Shown: positions 27,186 through 41,055, numbered from the stretch's first letter. The stretch: 64,000 nucleotides of DNA from Octopus bimaculoides (GCF_001194135.2 NC_068996.1:53725405-53789404), one strand, 5' to 3'. Notes: generated from the letters alone by a model not told the origin. Translations and numbers: made by a program.

Positions 27186-28767
27186 TCTTCGCAATGTTGA
27201 TATAGTTTCCAATATGTAAATTACATGTTAGGTTAGAACAGGATAAAAACAAGACAATGATATTCTGAAATTACTTTTTGTGTTTTGCGTTAAATTGCAC
27301 CTTTGGTAGTTTCTGATTAAAAAGACTTTACTAGAGTGCCGTAAAGAACCTCATTCGACGTCAGCTTGTCTTAAGAACTCTGCTTGGTTTAGCTTCGTTG
27401 GGAAATTTTCAAGTAAGAGTCTTTCTTGGCAAGGTCTTAACATAACATTTTGTAATCCCATTTTCATCTCATTTTCACAAAGTTTTAACCATTTAAAATA
27501 CCTTCTTCTACTGTTTCATTCAGAGTCTGTTATCTCAGTTTCCTTGTTTTATATTTGTTGGTTAATTTGAAGAAGGAAAGCGGTTTTCTAACTATTTGGA
27601 CTTGTTATTCAAAGGGGGTATCCTTCTACTGCGTTTGCCATTAATAGCGCAGCTTAATTTCCGTCAAATCCCATCCCACCATCTTAAAAAAAGGTGTGTG
27701 TGTGTGTTGGATTCATAATAACTAATGTATAAACCCCGACTCCATATAAAAATATAAATAAAACCCTGGTGTATTCATGTCTGAAATACTTTTGTTATGT
27801 CTGGTGGATCATAGTTGTAAGTAAACAGCAGTAACAAGATATATCCGCTTTACTGCAATACAAATTTGATAATTTTCAAGACTCAGTAAGGTTCCACCAT
27901 CCTATATTTGTGGTAAATATCTTTGTCAGGATTTGACTGGTGTATTCTAAATGCAATCATTTCTTTTCTTTTTACTTTTTTTTATTGCGTCATTTAGTGT
28001 CTTGTCGAGAATTTTATAAACGTAACGTATCATTAACACAGCTTGGTTACCGGTACTTATGCCTTATTCTATTTATCTATTTATTACATTTAGCTACTTG
28101 GCTATTATAAACTCCTTTAAAAGCACTAATCTAATGTGTATGCAATATTTTACGAAGGGTTCGTAGCGGACATGAGCGACGGCGATGCCAGAGTCTCCAC
28201 AAGATTCTGGACATATATGAATACCAGTTGAGTTGTTTATCTACAGCTGAGAACTTTTGGCCAAAATTCATTGGACAGCTTCGACAAATATCCGATATGG
28301 TTAAAACAAAAGAGGAGTCTTATCAATTCACGCTACGCTCTTCTAAAAAGGAAGTTCTGCCATACGAGATATGCAAGAAAGCCGTTTCAGAATGCGAGGA
28401 AACTGAACAATTTTGTTTTTTGTCTCACACTCAGACAAATGGGCCGCCTAAATACGTCGGATTCTTCTTCTTCCCACGTTTTATAAACATATCCAAACTT
28501 CACCTATTTAAGACCACCCTCACCACCAGTTTCCTGAGGCTGCGTTGTATACTTTTTATTACTATTATATATTTATCCCATCGCTTTTTGTAGCTAGTTT
28601 GGAACCACTTCCTTCGGACTCGTAATGCAGTGTTTATGTTTCTGCTGGTTTTTGGGTTGTATTTCTTAGCGTTGTCGCGGTCGATGATTTTCACATTCTT
28701 TTGCAGGCCATTTGAGTGTCGTTGTTTCTCAACATTTTGTCAATTTTTTGTCTCTTTCTCTTACTCC

Positions 28768-28828
<61 letters not shown>

Positions 28829-28841
28829 GTCTGTCTGTCTG

Positions 28842-28917
<76 letters not shown>
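28768..28917. repeat. (TCTG)n(TC)n microsatellite
   Basis: Direct reading; source of the SVCL/TDRQ ORFs. Confidence 0.97.
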
Positions 28918-28920
<3 letters not shown>

Positions 28921-29029
28921 TACACACACGTCAATGCATGTGTCATCTATGAAAGTTGACGTGAGTATGTGATGAGAGTGACCAACACCAGCACAAAGCT
29001 ACACGCACGCACACGGATACATAAGTGAC

Positions 29030-29180
29030 GGGTTTCCAGTTTCTGTCAAAGAAATTCACTTACAAAGCCTTCGTTGGTTTGATGCTATTGTAGAAGACGC
29101 TTAAGGTGGCGTAAAGTGGGGCTGAACCCGAAACCACGGGGTTATGCAATGAGCTTCTTACGTACACAGCCATGCCTTTG
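29030..29180 (-). mobile_element. SINE type B head fragment, diverged
   Basis: GTGGGGCTGAACCCGAAACC...ACACAGCCATGCC. Confidence 0.7.
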
Positions 29181-29264
29181 CCAGTAACATATTAACATTT
29201 GCTAAACTAGCCTACAATCTGTTTTCCTTGTAGCAGTTCATTTGATTGCTATAACGTGTAGTTT

Positions 29265-29421
29265 CAGGGGCGGGCTGAGCCGTCGGTCAATCGGGCACTG
29301 CCCGAGGCTCCGGAGCTCCGAGGGGCCTGCACTCTACATGTTAACTCTGTTAAAACACATATTCAAAGGGGCCCAGTAAGCAGTTATGTTCGAGGGTCCT
29401 AATACTCTCAGTCCGCCCCTG
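29265..29421. mobile_element. GC-rich 157-bp hAT-type MITE with perfect 8-bp TSD
   Basis: TGTAGTTT at 29257-29264 and 29422-29429; TIR CAGGGGCGGGCTGAG / CTCAGTCCGCCCCTG (14/15). Confidence 0.9.
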
Positions 29422-29534
29422 TGTAGTTTTATCTTCAGGATTCTACTTTGCACGGATTACATTGTATAGTATGGATTATCACATCGTATCTCGCATTTCG
29501 ATAACATCGTGATGATAATCATGGTGTTAAATCA

Positions 29535-29760
29535 AGGTGGCTCCAGCTGGCAGAAACGTTAGCACGCGGGAGGAAATGCTTAGCGGTATTTCGCCTGTCT
29601 TTACGTTCTGAGTTCAAATTCCGTTGAGGTCGACTTTGCCTTTCATCCTTTGGGGGTCGGTAAATTAAGTACCAGTTCCGTACTGGGGTCGATCTAATCG
29701 ACTGGCCTTCTCTCCCCCAAAATTTCGGGCCTTGTGCCTAGAGAAGAAAATAATTATGGT
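29535..29760 (+). mobile_element. SINE type A, full length
   Basis: Matches the type A consensus along its length. Confidence 0.9.
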
Positions 29761-30247
29761 GTTGAATCCCCAAAACCTGCAACAGTTGTCATTCCGAGGT
29801 ATTTTACATACAATCTAACTCATTATTCCGGTATTGTTTCCTATTCCTATATTGCGACGCAGACCCTTCAGAGTGAGTCTTAATACTTCTGTTGTTGGTC
29901 TAACACAGACGACTTCTGCTTCTGTCTCTTTGAAATTTGCTGACAACGTAGCCATACGTGACCTTCCGTTGATAAGCAGGAGTCTTTCGTCAAATATTCT
30001 TCTATGGTCGAGCAATGTGACTTCTCTGAGTGTGCACCCGTAGTCTTCAGTCAGCGAATAAAATCTGTGAAACTACTTTCCAACTCTCAAGATGCTATTT
30101 ACTTCACTCATGAACGAGCTCCAACGCTTTGTGGTTGATAGATTCTGTCGAAGGGTTATGACGTAACATTAATGTTTGAATCGATGTTGAACTTCGACTC
30201 CCTTGTTTTAGGCAGGGGCGGTCAATTTTACTTCTTTTCTTTTTCGT

Positions 30248-30786
30248 CGCCCTTTCAAAGCCTAGCCAGGTTCATGGGCCCGGTTTCCCGGTTTCTATGG
30301 CATATGTGTTCCCACCAGCTGGACGGGACGCCAGTCCATCGCAGCGTTACTCAAGAAACAGGAAGAGTGAGAGAAAGTTGGGGCGAAAGAGTGCAACAGG
30401 GGTCGCCCCCCCCCTGCCGGAGCCTCGTGGAGCTTAGGTGTTTTCGCCCAATAAACACTCACAACGCCCGTTCTGGGAATCGAAACCGCGATCCTCCGAC
30501 CGCGAGTCCGATGCCCTAACCACTGGGCCATTGCGCCTCCACTGCGCCCTTTTAAAGCCTAGCCAGGCTCATGGGCCCGGTTTCCCGGTTTCAATGGCGT
30601 ATGTGTTCCCCACCTGGACGGGACGCCAGTCCATCGCAGCGTTACTCATTTTTGCCAGCTGAGTGGACTGGAGCAACGTGAAATGAAGTGTTTTGCTCAA
30701 GAACACAACGCGTCGCCCGGTCTAAGAATCGAAACCACAATCTTACGATCATGAAGCTGACACCTTAACCTCTATGCGCCTCCACG
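30248..30786 (-). mobile_element. Tandem SINEs type E (30248-30543) and type D (30544-30786) sharing a 3' module
   Basis: Both carry the CCCGGTTTC...GGACGGGACGCCAGTCCATCGCAGCGTTACTC tail module but have different tRNA heads and cores. Confidence 0.88.
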
Positions 30787-31279
30787 GTCAATTTTACTAT
30801 GGATATAGAAATTTATGGTGTTGGGTTTTGTAAAAATGGCTCAGATATCATCTAACGTCCAATCGAATAACCAGAATGTTGGTATACATACTGCAATAGC
30901 AATCACATCTTGAGCTATATGTTGGTTACACGTTCCATGTAACGTTATAAGTACTATCATAGGATATACCTTTATCTCCATCCCTGGGTATCTGTTGCAT
31001 TCCTTGCCAGATATTGCAGAAATAATCAGGCTATTAACAAAGCTGTTACTAGATAACCTTTTTCTAGTTTTACAATTAGGTAGAAACAGTTCATTATTTT
31101 GAGAATGTCCTAACCATGTCAAAGCTCTGCACATCTTTTTAGATGGCCCATAAAGTTGCTATGTGCCGTGTTGGTGTTTCTGCCTGACTATAAGCTAAGG
31201 AGCTCACGGCAATTATAAGCAGCATTCGAACCCATGCCATCATCAAATAAACCACTGTGATGCTTTATTCCCTTTTAGT

Positions 31280-31605
31280 GAAGGCGAGTGGCTGAGTGGT
31301 TAGGATATCCAACTCATCGTAAGGTCATGAGTTCGATTCCCGGCAGCTTGTTGAGTCCTTGAGCAAGATTCTTTATTTCATGTTGCTCCACTTCACTCAA
31401 CTGGCAAAAATGAGTTGTACCTGTATTTCAAGAGAACTAGTCTTGTCACATTCTGTTACGCTGAATCTCCTTCAGAACTACGTTTAGGGTACGCGTGTCT
31501 GTGGAGTACTCAACCACTTGCACGTTAATTTCACGAGAAGAATGTTCCGTTGCTCGGATCAACTGGAACACTCATCGTCGTAACCGACGGAATGCCAGTT
31601 ACCAG
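31280..31605 (+). mobile_element. SINE type F (C/D-like head and core, third type of tail)
   Basis: B box GAGTTCGATTCCC, core CCTTGAGCAAG...CACTCAACTGGCAAAAATGAG; related minus copy at 42790-42992. Confidence 0.8.
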
Positions 31606-32212
31606 AGACAATACAATCACTTCCTGTATATAGCCTCAAAATGATAGTCCAGAACGAAGCCAGCTTGTCAAACGCTTTCATTAAGATCTCTGAAATTCTA
31701 GCAAGTCAACAGATCTTCAGCATGCACGAATAGGAGAACAGTACGAGTTCTTTCTTGTGCCGCCAGATCTCTGGCTTTACCATTTTGTTGATTAGAAGTC
31801 GCTAAGAACATCCCTGAACTCCTTTCTTCCTTGTCGCTTGGTCAGTTGAGATAATATTCAGCTGTAATAATACTAATAGAAAAAATAATAGAATAGATTG
31901 ACAGTTTAATCTTCACGACAAAGATGTGCTCCAGAACGCATACGATAAATCGTCAGGTAAATAGGGAAAAAGAAAGAGAAAGAGAGAGAGAAAGTCAGAC
32001 AAGCGCCTTTGGGACGTGCACACGCGCACACACACCCGTACGTCCGCACTCACGCGTGCACTAATGAATTACGAATACATACACATTTACTCTCTCTCTC
32101 TCTCTCACACACACACATACTCTAACTTCGTCTGCCTGTATGTCTGGGTGCGTCTGTAGCATCCGTATGTGTGTGAGTTTGTGTATGTGTGCACGTACCA
32201 ATAGCGTTCATG

Positions 32213-32252
<40 letters not shown>

Positions 32253-32687
32253 ACATGCCCTGCAGAATGACACAGAATGACAGATTTTTTACACTACAGG
32301 TATCTATCTTTAGCACTTTACTACAATAGATATCTGCCCGGCATTATTACTTTTTCGTGAAATATTTTAGCTCTGGTCGAAGTGTATTTTTCTTCTGTTT
32401 ATATAGCCACCAGATGAATCGTTTCCCCTATCTTAATAACAGTTTAAAAAAGTCATAGTTCTAAGAAAATGTACTTTTATAATTTCGATTTCTTCTATAA
32501 TTTCAATGTTTTAACTCTTCGTTTCTTCGAAGTTATTGATGTTGCATGTCCTAACGCATTTCGTCTGCTTGTTGAATTTAAATGTGAGACACTAGGATTA
32601 GAACAAAAGGCTTGTTCAATGAATGTGATTAAAAGAACCTGCTATCTAATACAATGTTTATTGATAATTGTCCCTTGAACGTGGGAA

Positions 32688-33020
32688 CACGCATAGCTCA
32701 GTGGTTAGAGCGTCGGGCTCACAATACTGAGGTAGTGAATTCGATTCCCGGACCGTGTTGTGTGCTGTATTCTTGAGCAAGACACTTTATTTCTCGTTGC
32801 TCCAGTTCACTCAGCTGTAGAAATGAGTTGCAACGTCACTGGTGCCAAGCTGCTTTGCCCTTTGCCTTTCCCTTGGATAATATCGGTGGCATGGTGAGGG
32901 GAAGCTGGTATGGCATGGACTCTACTGGTCTTTCATAAACAACCTTACCTGGACTTGTGCCTTCGAGGGGAACTTTCTAGGCGCAATCCCATGGTCAGTC
33001 ATGACCGAAAGGCGTCTTTT
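32688..33020 (+). mobile_element. SINE type C
   Basis: Paralog of 5599-5925. Confidence 0.9.
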
Positions 33021-34363
33021 AGCTTGAATGTTGGAAACAATGTTCACCTTGAACCCTGGCTCATAGGATTATAATCCAATGAGAAATATATAATCATATA
33101 TTTCGGATTACATTGGATACATCTTTACAACGTATGTCCTTCTGTCTATTTGAAAATTGCCGTTATCATTACTACATGTGTTTTCCTGTGCGTTTGCTAC
33201 ATTAAAATACTGTTTTGTCGTTCGAGAGCAAAGACGGCAGTTGAGAGGCAGGAAGAGTCGCAATTCTCAAGTCGTTGATGCGGCTGCGTCGTCTGTTGCT
33301 ATCTGGTACTGAAAGAAATGCCAACTGTGTCTAGGAAATAGTCGTACTTGAACACGAGTTGATTGTCTGTCTGTCTGTTTGTTTATATATGTACGTGCGT
33401 ACGTTTATCCGTATCTATGTTGGCATGTATGTTTTCTTTAAAGTTTTTTGCATTTAGAGAATTCAGGCTAGCCACTAACCGAATGCCAGGGCTCTTTTAC
33501 TTCCATTTTAGGCAGATGTTGGGGCTTTGTGGTTATCTGAATCGGTTGACGTGTGTATATATTCGTGTTAGTACCCATTACTAACCTACCTTTCTATGGT
33601 GGATATGCGTTTCACTTTAGGATACATGTGTTTGGGCTTCCCGCTTCTTATGCTTTTACTATATAAATGTTTGAACTTTACTTTTTTGTGTGAGTTCATG
33701 CATTCCATATGTATCTGTGGATGTGTGCGTATATCTAGCGCAGGAAATTCCCACTCGGGGTCCCTGGAGTTTTTCTTATTAATGTCTAGACTAGAATGCT
33801 CACATGGGAAATCTCTGGAACGTTTTGCAAATTTTATCTGTACCGTTGATTTGATTATATTTCGAGAACGCGGATTAGTTTGATTTCTTTTCTTTCTTTT
33901 TTTTTCTTTTTTATTTGGAAGACGCCCGTTTTTCTAGGTTCTTATGCAAATCAGTTGCAGTGTACCCTGGTGCACCTATGATAATGGGTATCAACGGGAA
34001 TCTGTAGACTGATTATAAAAGCTGCAAGTTTGCACGTCTTATCTCTACTACAGTGCATGTGTTTTGCTCTCAGTGCCACAGGATAATGTCTGGTCCGTTG
34101 TATTTACATCAGGTTGCTGTTCTTATTGGAATATTCCACCAATATTGGATTAAAAGTGTGAATGCATTCTAGTTCTGGTGTACTTTTAGCATGGTTGTCG
34201 TGGCAGTCCTTCCTTCGTGTGACATTGTAAACTATCCCGACGACAACGACATGTCTCATGGGGAGGTAATATATTGCAGACGTTTTCTGGGTGGCTTTTG
34301 ATGATGTGTGTCCTTCTTAAACACTTGAATGGTATAATTAACATTTTTCTATCGCCTTTTATG

Positions 34364-34511
34364 CATGTATGTATGTATGTATGTATGTATGTATGTATGT
34401 ATGTATGTATGCATGTATGCATATATATACATGTGTGTATGTGTATATATATGTGTGTGTATATATATGTGTGTGTTATATATGTGTGTAATAAAATTCA
34501 ATATATATATG

Positions 34512-34550
<39 letters not shown>

Positions 34551-34661
34551 ATATAGTTTAATTCATATGTGTGTGTGTATGTGTGTGTGTGTGTAATATA
34601 ATTTAATTTATATGTATATATGTATGTGTGTCATAAAATTCAATATATGTATGTATATATA

Positions 34662-34699
<38 letters not shown>

Positions 34700-34780
34700 A
34701 TATAATTTAATTCATATATGTGTGTGTGTGTAATATAATTTAATTCATATATATGTTTGTGTGTGTGTGTGTGTGTATGT
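34364..34780. repeat. Compound (TATG)/(TA)/(TG) tract with higher-order duplication
   Basis: The anchors ATAAAATTCAATATAT and TAATATAATTTAATTCATAT recur. Confidence 0.9.
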
Positions 34781-35559
34781 ATCAATATGCGTACACATTT
34801 CTCTAAGTGTGAGTGAGAGATTTATCGGATAAGTTGTTAACATTTTGGAAAGCTTTCGCAAAAGGACATATGACAGCATGAAAATCATTATACTGTATAG
34901 AATCACATTCACCTTATCCGGCTTGGAGTTAAGTAGATTAAATCTAATATTTTTCTTAAGGCATTTCTTGGTAATGTATGTTTAAAAGTGTGATTTGCAG
35001 AGTGATTATATTTCAACATGGATCCAACTCCCCCCTGATCGGGCTAAGGTTCTCTTGAGAGCGAAATTGATCAAGAGTAATATACTGCGACAGTCGACGT
35101 TCCACTGCTTCTTCGGGTGTGACTTTTGTGTGTGTGTGTGTGTGTGTGTTTATACATATTTTTACATATATTTATATGAGTGTATACACATTTATGTGTA
35201 TGTAATATGTATATACATGTATACATTCAAACATACATACACACATACATACATACATGCATACATACATACATACATACATACATACATACATACATAC
35301 ACATATGATTAAATATTATCCAGACGAACGTTTTGAACGAGGAGGGGCGTAAATTAACAAGAAATTTTATTTCTCCGAAGAAACATTTCGTAGATTTTTG
35401 TAGCAATGAAATTTAACATAGGCAATAACTTCACAAAACATCAGAAACCTATAAAACAACAAGTAGAAGAGTATATTTGTGGTCAGATTCGAAATCTTAG
35501 ATTCTAAACTTCATCAACAAGAAAGTGTAGCCACAATTTAAAAAAAAAAAAATTAGATA

Positions 35560-37450
35560 TAAATTCGTGCGCAGTAAACACCAAATATTAAATAGAATAC
35601 TAAATCACCTGTCCTCCAGAAATCTCAGAGCAATGTATTGTGGCATGAACGTAAACAACATAATCTCTATAAAAGTTTCCTCATCACAGGAACAAGCAGA
35701 AAGCAAACGAAAGCCATTTGATAAATTCAACAGGCAAGATGTAGAGAATTAGAAGACGACTACCGTGAATGTTGCAAAAATAATTATTTAATTCTTTATT
35801 GCCCATAAGGGGCTAAACATAGAGGGGACAAACAAGGAGAGACAAAGGGACTAAGTCGATTACATCGACCCCAGTGCGTAACTAGTACTTATTTAATCGA
35901 CCCCGAAAGGATGAAAGGCAAAGTTAACTCTCGGCGGAATTTGAACTCAGAACGTAGCAGCAGACGAAATACCGTTAAGCATTTCGCCCGGCGTGCTAAC
36001 GATTCTACTAATGGCACATTACTGGAACTGTCCTACAGAAAATGACTGGTATAAATCTTCAGGACCAGACCTTATAACAGGAAATGGGTGCAAGAATCTC
36101 GATTTCTATCGCGGAGGTTGAATATAAAAGAACCTCGCGAGATACATTGGAATTTCCCAAATAGTCGTCAGCCTCTCTTAGTATTATTTCCTTTCTCCAA
36201 GATAACCACAACATCGAAGCTAAAATTACTACCCCCCCCCCAATATGTACATTAGCAGCTCTTGTGTGGTAATTTTTTTTATAAGATCTACACTGGATGT
36301 TTTAATCTGTTCTTACAGGAGTATTGTGTCAATAAGAATATTATAATATCTGAACAATGTGAAGCAAAGTATAAAGTATGGGTTATAAATTTTAAAAAAT
36401 AATACAAGAAATAATGAAGAACTGCAAGAATTTGGTCAGATAACCAGAAGGCCTTTAATACTATACCACATGAGAGAATACGCAAAGCGTTGCAACTAGC
36501 CACAATCATACAGCCATAATTAGCAGTTATTCAATATCTAACAAAATTTGATACACCACTTTACTTAATTATAAGAGTTTTGAACGATCTAATTAAATCC
36601 CGCGTCATATATTAGCAAAAAGGTATTGTACTAGAGTGGTGTTCTTTGTCCTCTCCTTAAGCCCTTTATTACATCTTCTGAGAAACATGGTATTTACGAA
36701 AATGGCTGCTTTGAATTCAGAAACATCTGACAACTTTTCTTTGTTGAGTAGATAAGCTGAATTTGCATGGGCCAAACATTTGCGACATAAAAAAATCAAA
36801 AAGCAAACAAGCAGTCTCATTACTCAAAATTCCACTGAAATAAATTTGGTGAGTTTAACGGAAACCTTGTACTTCAGTTAAAAAACAACAACATCGCCTT
36901 AAATGACCTAACAATCAGACAGGTGAAAACTACAGGACAAGAACGCCAGACATGATGAACTCGTTAACGTAGAGATGGTAACAAATGAATACCACTAAGA
37001 GTAAAAAAATTGGTTATCACAATTCTTAAGAAAACAACAATCATATCGTTCCCAACATTTGGCAACCTGTATTTCGTCTTCTGAATTGGTCACTACGCAG
37101 ATATAGTGAGGTAGAGTTAAAGATTCGTAAACTACTTAGGGTTGCTGAAAATTTTAACACGAATGAGAATATAGGCAGATGATATTTCCCACGCAAGGAG
37201 AACGACCGTGGTGTTAAATCTCTATCAATATTATATGAAACATGGATTGAATACTGAAGCAACATCTCCAGCAGCGAAGATATTTCAACAACTGCTGTCT
37301 TGTTAAGGTTTACCCACAAGAAAATAAAAACATCATTAGGATAGTTAATGAACTTGCGGAGAAATGCGAAAAAGGAGAAAAGGCAAAAACGCTGATACCA
37401 ATCCTCACCCCAAGGAACATTGGGAAATTCGGAAAGGAAAACACAAAAAA
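35560..37450 (+). mobile_element. Very old RLE-LINE RT region, interrupted by a SINE
   Basis: Fragments DNQKAFNTIPHE (compare DYxKAFDSVPH) and KIRKLLRVAENFNTNENIGR*YFPRKENDRG (compare D.KTRK.L......D.DRLY.PRK.GGRG). Ends approximate. Confidence 0.6.
35790..36010 (-). mobile_element. SINE type A with Tx1-like tail
   Basis: TTTATTGCCCATAAGGGGCTAAACATAGAGGGGACAAAC leads into the type A body. Confidence 0.9.
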
Positions 37451-38015
37451 CAAAAACAAATGCAAAAAAGAAAAACGTAAAGCAAAGGATATTTCACTCA
37501 GAAGCTTATGTATTGGTAAGTAAAACGAAAAGCAAAGGTTACAAAGTGAATAAACCACACGAAGCACCGACGAGTTTTAACATCTCACTTTGAAGATTCC
37601 TTTCATAAAATCCATATATATATATATGATACGGTTGTACATAGGGTAAGTATGGTTGAAAGTTGTGGTTTCTTTGGTTTGTTTTTTCCCAGACAACACT
37701 TATTTTAGTGCTATTGACACAACCGGATTGAATGGTACTGCCCAGGTGTCGAAACCATAATGACATCCGTGGGGCAACTGATGATGGAGATACGTGGGAT
37801 TGTTAGTATGATTGTTTTTGTATATGTAGAATAGTATTATTAGATTGTTGGTATGGCTGTAAAATAGTATTATAACACATCCTTTATATTTCGTATGTGT
37901 ATTTGGTGTGCAAGATTCTTGATGTGGATACGTGTGTTGAAAGAAATACAATTAAACATTGGGAGAGGCAATTGTACATCCTTACATCTATACGTATATA
38001 TATATATATATATAT

Positions 38016-38583
38016 NNNNNNNNNNNNNNNNNNNNNNNNNNNNNNNNNNNNNNNNNNNNNNNNNNNNNNNNNNNNNNNNNNNNNNNNNNNNNNNNNNNNN
38101 NNNNNNNNNNNNNNNNNNNNNNNNNNNNNNNNNNNNNNNNNNNNNNNNNNNNNNNNNNNNNNNNNNNNNNNNNNNNNNNNNNNNNNNNNNNNNNNNNNNN
38201 NNNNNNNNNNNNNNNNNNNNNNNNNNNNNNNNNNNNNNNNNNNNNNNNNNNNNNNNNNNNNNNNNNNNNNNNNNNNNNNNNNNNNNNNNNNNNNNNNNNN
38301 NNNNNNNNNNNNNNNNNNNNNNNNNNNNNNNNNNNNNNNNNNNNNNNNNNNNNNNNNNNNNNNNNNNNNNNNNNNNNNNNNNNNNNNNNNNNNNNNNNNN
38401 NNNNNNNNNNNNNNNNNNNNNNNNNNNNNNNNNNNNNNNNNNNNNNNNNNNNNNNNNNNNNNNNNNNNNNNNNNNNNNNNNNNNNNNNNNNNNNNNNNNN
38501 NNNNNNNNNNNNNNNNNNNNNNNNNNNNNNNNNNNNNNNNNNNNNNNNNNNNNNNNNNNNNNNNNNNNNNNNNNNNNNNNNNN
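38016..38583. other. Assembly gap flanked by (TA)n and (GA)n
   Basis: N run; the long poly-X ORFs here are artefacts. Confidence 0.99.
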
Positions 38584-38650
<67 letters not shown>

Positions 38651-38779
38651 AACAACAACAAAAATAAAACAGATAACAAGCAAGGCAGATGAATGTATTG
38701 AAACTAATGGACGAAAATAATATAAGCGGAACTTAAGAATAAGAACAAAAATTTACATATCACTCCTCTCTACAGCCTA

Positions 38780-39000
38780 TTGCTAGAATCACGAAATCAT
38801 GATCTCTTATGGAAGTCAGTTGTCCGTTTGACATCAAAGTCATAAGGAAAACACAAAAGAAAGAAAACACCAATGAACCAGTGATAAGGAGTTTGCAACT
38901 CCTAACTCCATTTAACATCATACCCATTGTTACAATAGCGGGAGGAAATGTACTCATTTGCTTTGAATCCAATGTGTGGCTGAAACTGGATAAGAATTTA
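38780..39000 (+). mobile_element. RLE endonuclease-like LINE fragment
   Basis: MEVSCPFD...NIIPIVTIAGG resembles the D(V/I)xCPxD ... IIPIVIGALG pattern; a similar relic (HNRPDIV) lies near 39980-40030. Confidence 0.5.
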
Positions 39001-39185
39001 ACTCCACAATTCATTCAGGGAAATAAAATATCTACAAGACTTGTTTTTTTAAAATCCAAAACGTGAATAGTTGCCTAAAAAATAACGAAAAGAACAAACT
39101 ATCGTTCATTAAAAGCATCTTCTTTACAACCTTGTCATTATCCAAGTGGTTGTTCCAAATAAACTTTAAAATTTCAAACAAGGAA

Positions 39186-39294
<109 letters not shown>

Positions 39295-39454
39295 CCAAAA
39301 TGGAAGAGAATGAAAGTTATGAGTGATTCTTCAGGAAGCACTCACTTTTTGATTCCTTTATTACAATTCCAGGCTAATGAACTAACATACTCTTTTATAA
39401 CATCTTTTTTGCATGGGTATGTTCTCCGTAAACTTGAGGTTATAGCTAATATAG

Positions 39455-39648
39455 ACCGGAACTTTTGGGGAGGAGGCCAGTCGATTAGATCGACCCTGAT
39501 ACACAACTGGTACTTAATTTATCGACCCCGAAAGGATGAAAGGCAAAGTCGACCTCGGAGGAATTTAAACTCAGAACATAAAGACAGACGAAATACCGTT
39601 AAGCATTTCGTCTGGCGTGCTAACCATTCTGCCAGCTCGCCACCTTAG
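39455..39648 (-). mobile_element. SINE type A
   Basis: Reverse-complement consensus match. Confidence 0.9.
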
Positions 39649-40324
39649 CTATAGCTAATATTGACTGGAAGACTAATATCTTTTGGTTGTGCTGTTACAT
39701 TTCTAGAGCATGAAATAGCTACTAAATATTCATTGAAGAGGAAAAAATAGCAAGATAACCTCAAGGTGCGACCGAAAATTTCGATTAAGTTATATGTCTG
39801 TGGAAAATATTACCTACGTAATATCTTAATCCAAAATATGTGTTCTGCCTTCCGCCGTGACATGATACTGTTACTAAAACAATATACCATACCGTCCTTA
39901 GGAAACAGTGCCCTGGGATACTATTTCTGGTGTTAAGTATATACATAAGTTTCAACACTAGTAATATTGGGACATTCTTATCAAAACTCCACTAAATACA
40001 AACACAACAGACCTGATATAGTTGCTTGTGAAAGAAAAGAAAGCTTTATGTACTATGAGCTGTACAACAGATGTGAACCGACCTTTCAAAATTAAGGGGA
40101 AACAATGTATTCAATGTAACTGCTTCTTTATCCAGTTGTAACTTCAAATAATTATCGATGCGTTTACGCATTTCGTTTTTGCAGCAATCAGAAGCTAATA
40201 TCACCCTCCTAACATGAAATAATCTAGAAAATCTCGTAGTTGAGAATGTCAAAAGAATTCAAATCTGTGTTAGTAGATGCATTTCATTGGTGAAAATTAA
40301 TAATGTCTTCCATCGTCATGTTGT

Positions 40325-40630
40325 TGTTTGTTCCTTCTTGAGCCATGCCTAGCTCATAAAGGCCGGTTTCCCGATTTCATTAGCGTAGAGGTTCCCCACC
40401 TGGACGGGACACCGGTCCGTCGCAGGTGAGCTTCTAGATGCAGGAGGAAAGAATGAGAGAAAGTTGTGGCGAAAGAGTCAGCAGAAGTTCGCCATTACCT
40501 TCTGCCGGAGCCGCCTGGAGCTTAGGTGTTTCGGTCATAAACACACACATTGCCTGGACTGAGATTCGAACCCGTGATCCCTCGACCGCGAGTCCCCTGC
40601 TCTAACCACTAGGCCATCTTCCTCTACCTT
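40325..40630 (-). mobile_element. SINE type E
   Basis: Paralog of 30248-30543. Confidence 0.82.
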
Positions 40631-40707
40631 GCATCAGTATAGGAGCATAAATTGATAAGAAAAAACGGATTGATATGGATCAAAATACCACACCGATGCT
40701 AACCGCA

Positions 40708-40749
<42 letters not shown>

Positions 40750-40750
<1 letters not shown>

Positions 40751-41055
40751 AAACGTTAGCACACCGGGCGAAATGTTTAGCGGTATTTCGTCTGCCGCTA
40801 CGTTCTGAGTTCAAATTCCGCCGAGGTCCACTTTGCCTTTCATCCTTACGGGGTTTATTAAATAAGTACCAGTTACGCACTNNNNNNNNNNTCTGAGTTC
40901 AAATTCCGCCGAGGTCCACTTTGCCTTTCATCCTTTCGGGGTTTATTAAATAAGTACCAGTTACGCACTGGGGTCGATATAATCGACTAATCCGTTTGTC
41001 TATACTTGTTTGTCCCCTCTGTGTGTAGCCCCTTGTGGGTAGTAAAGAAATAACA
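40750..41055 (+). mobile_element. SINE type A with Tx1-like tail (partly duplicated across a 10-N gap)
   Basis: 40804-40881 is repeated at 40892-40969; the tail is TAGCCCCTTGTGGGTAGTAAAGAAATA. Confidence 0.9.

Noticed and set aside
28228-28694. 121-aa + ORF and a minus ORF with IQ-like IQRSLRK
   Set aside because: No recognisable domain; the phase-1 acceptor does not fit the NIDO exon; the IQ match is too short to exceed chance.
28630-28972. SVCL/TDRQ repeat proteins
   Set aside because: Translation of (TCTG)n.
37870-38720. ORFs of 231-269 aa
   Set aside because: Mostly X from a 568-nt gap plus (TA)n/(GA)n.
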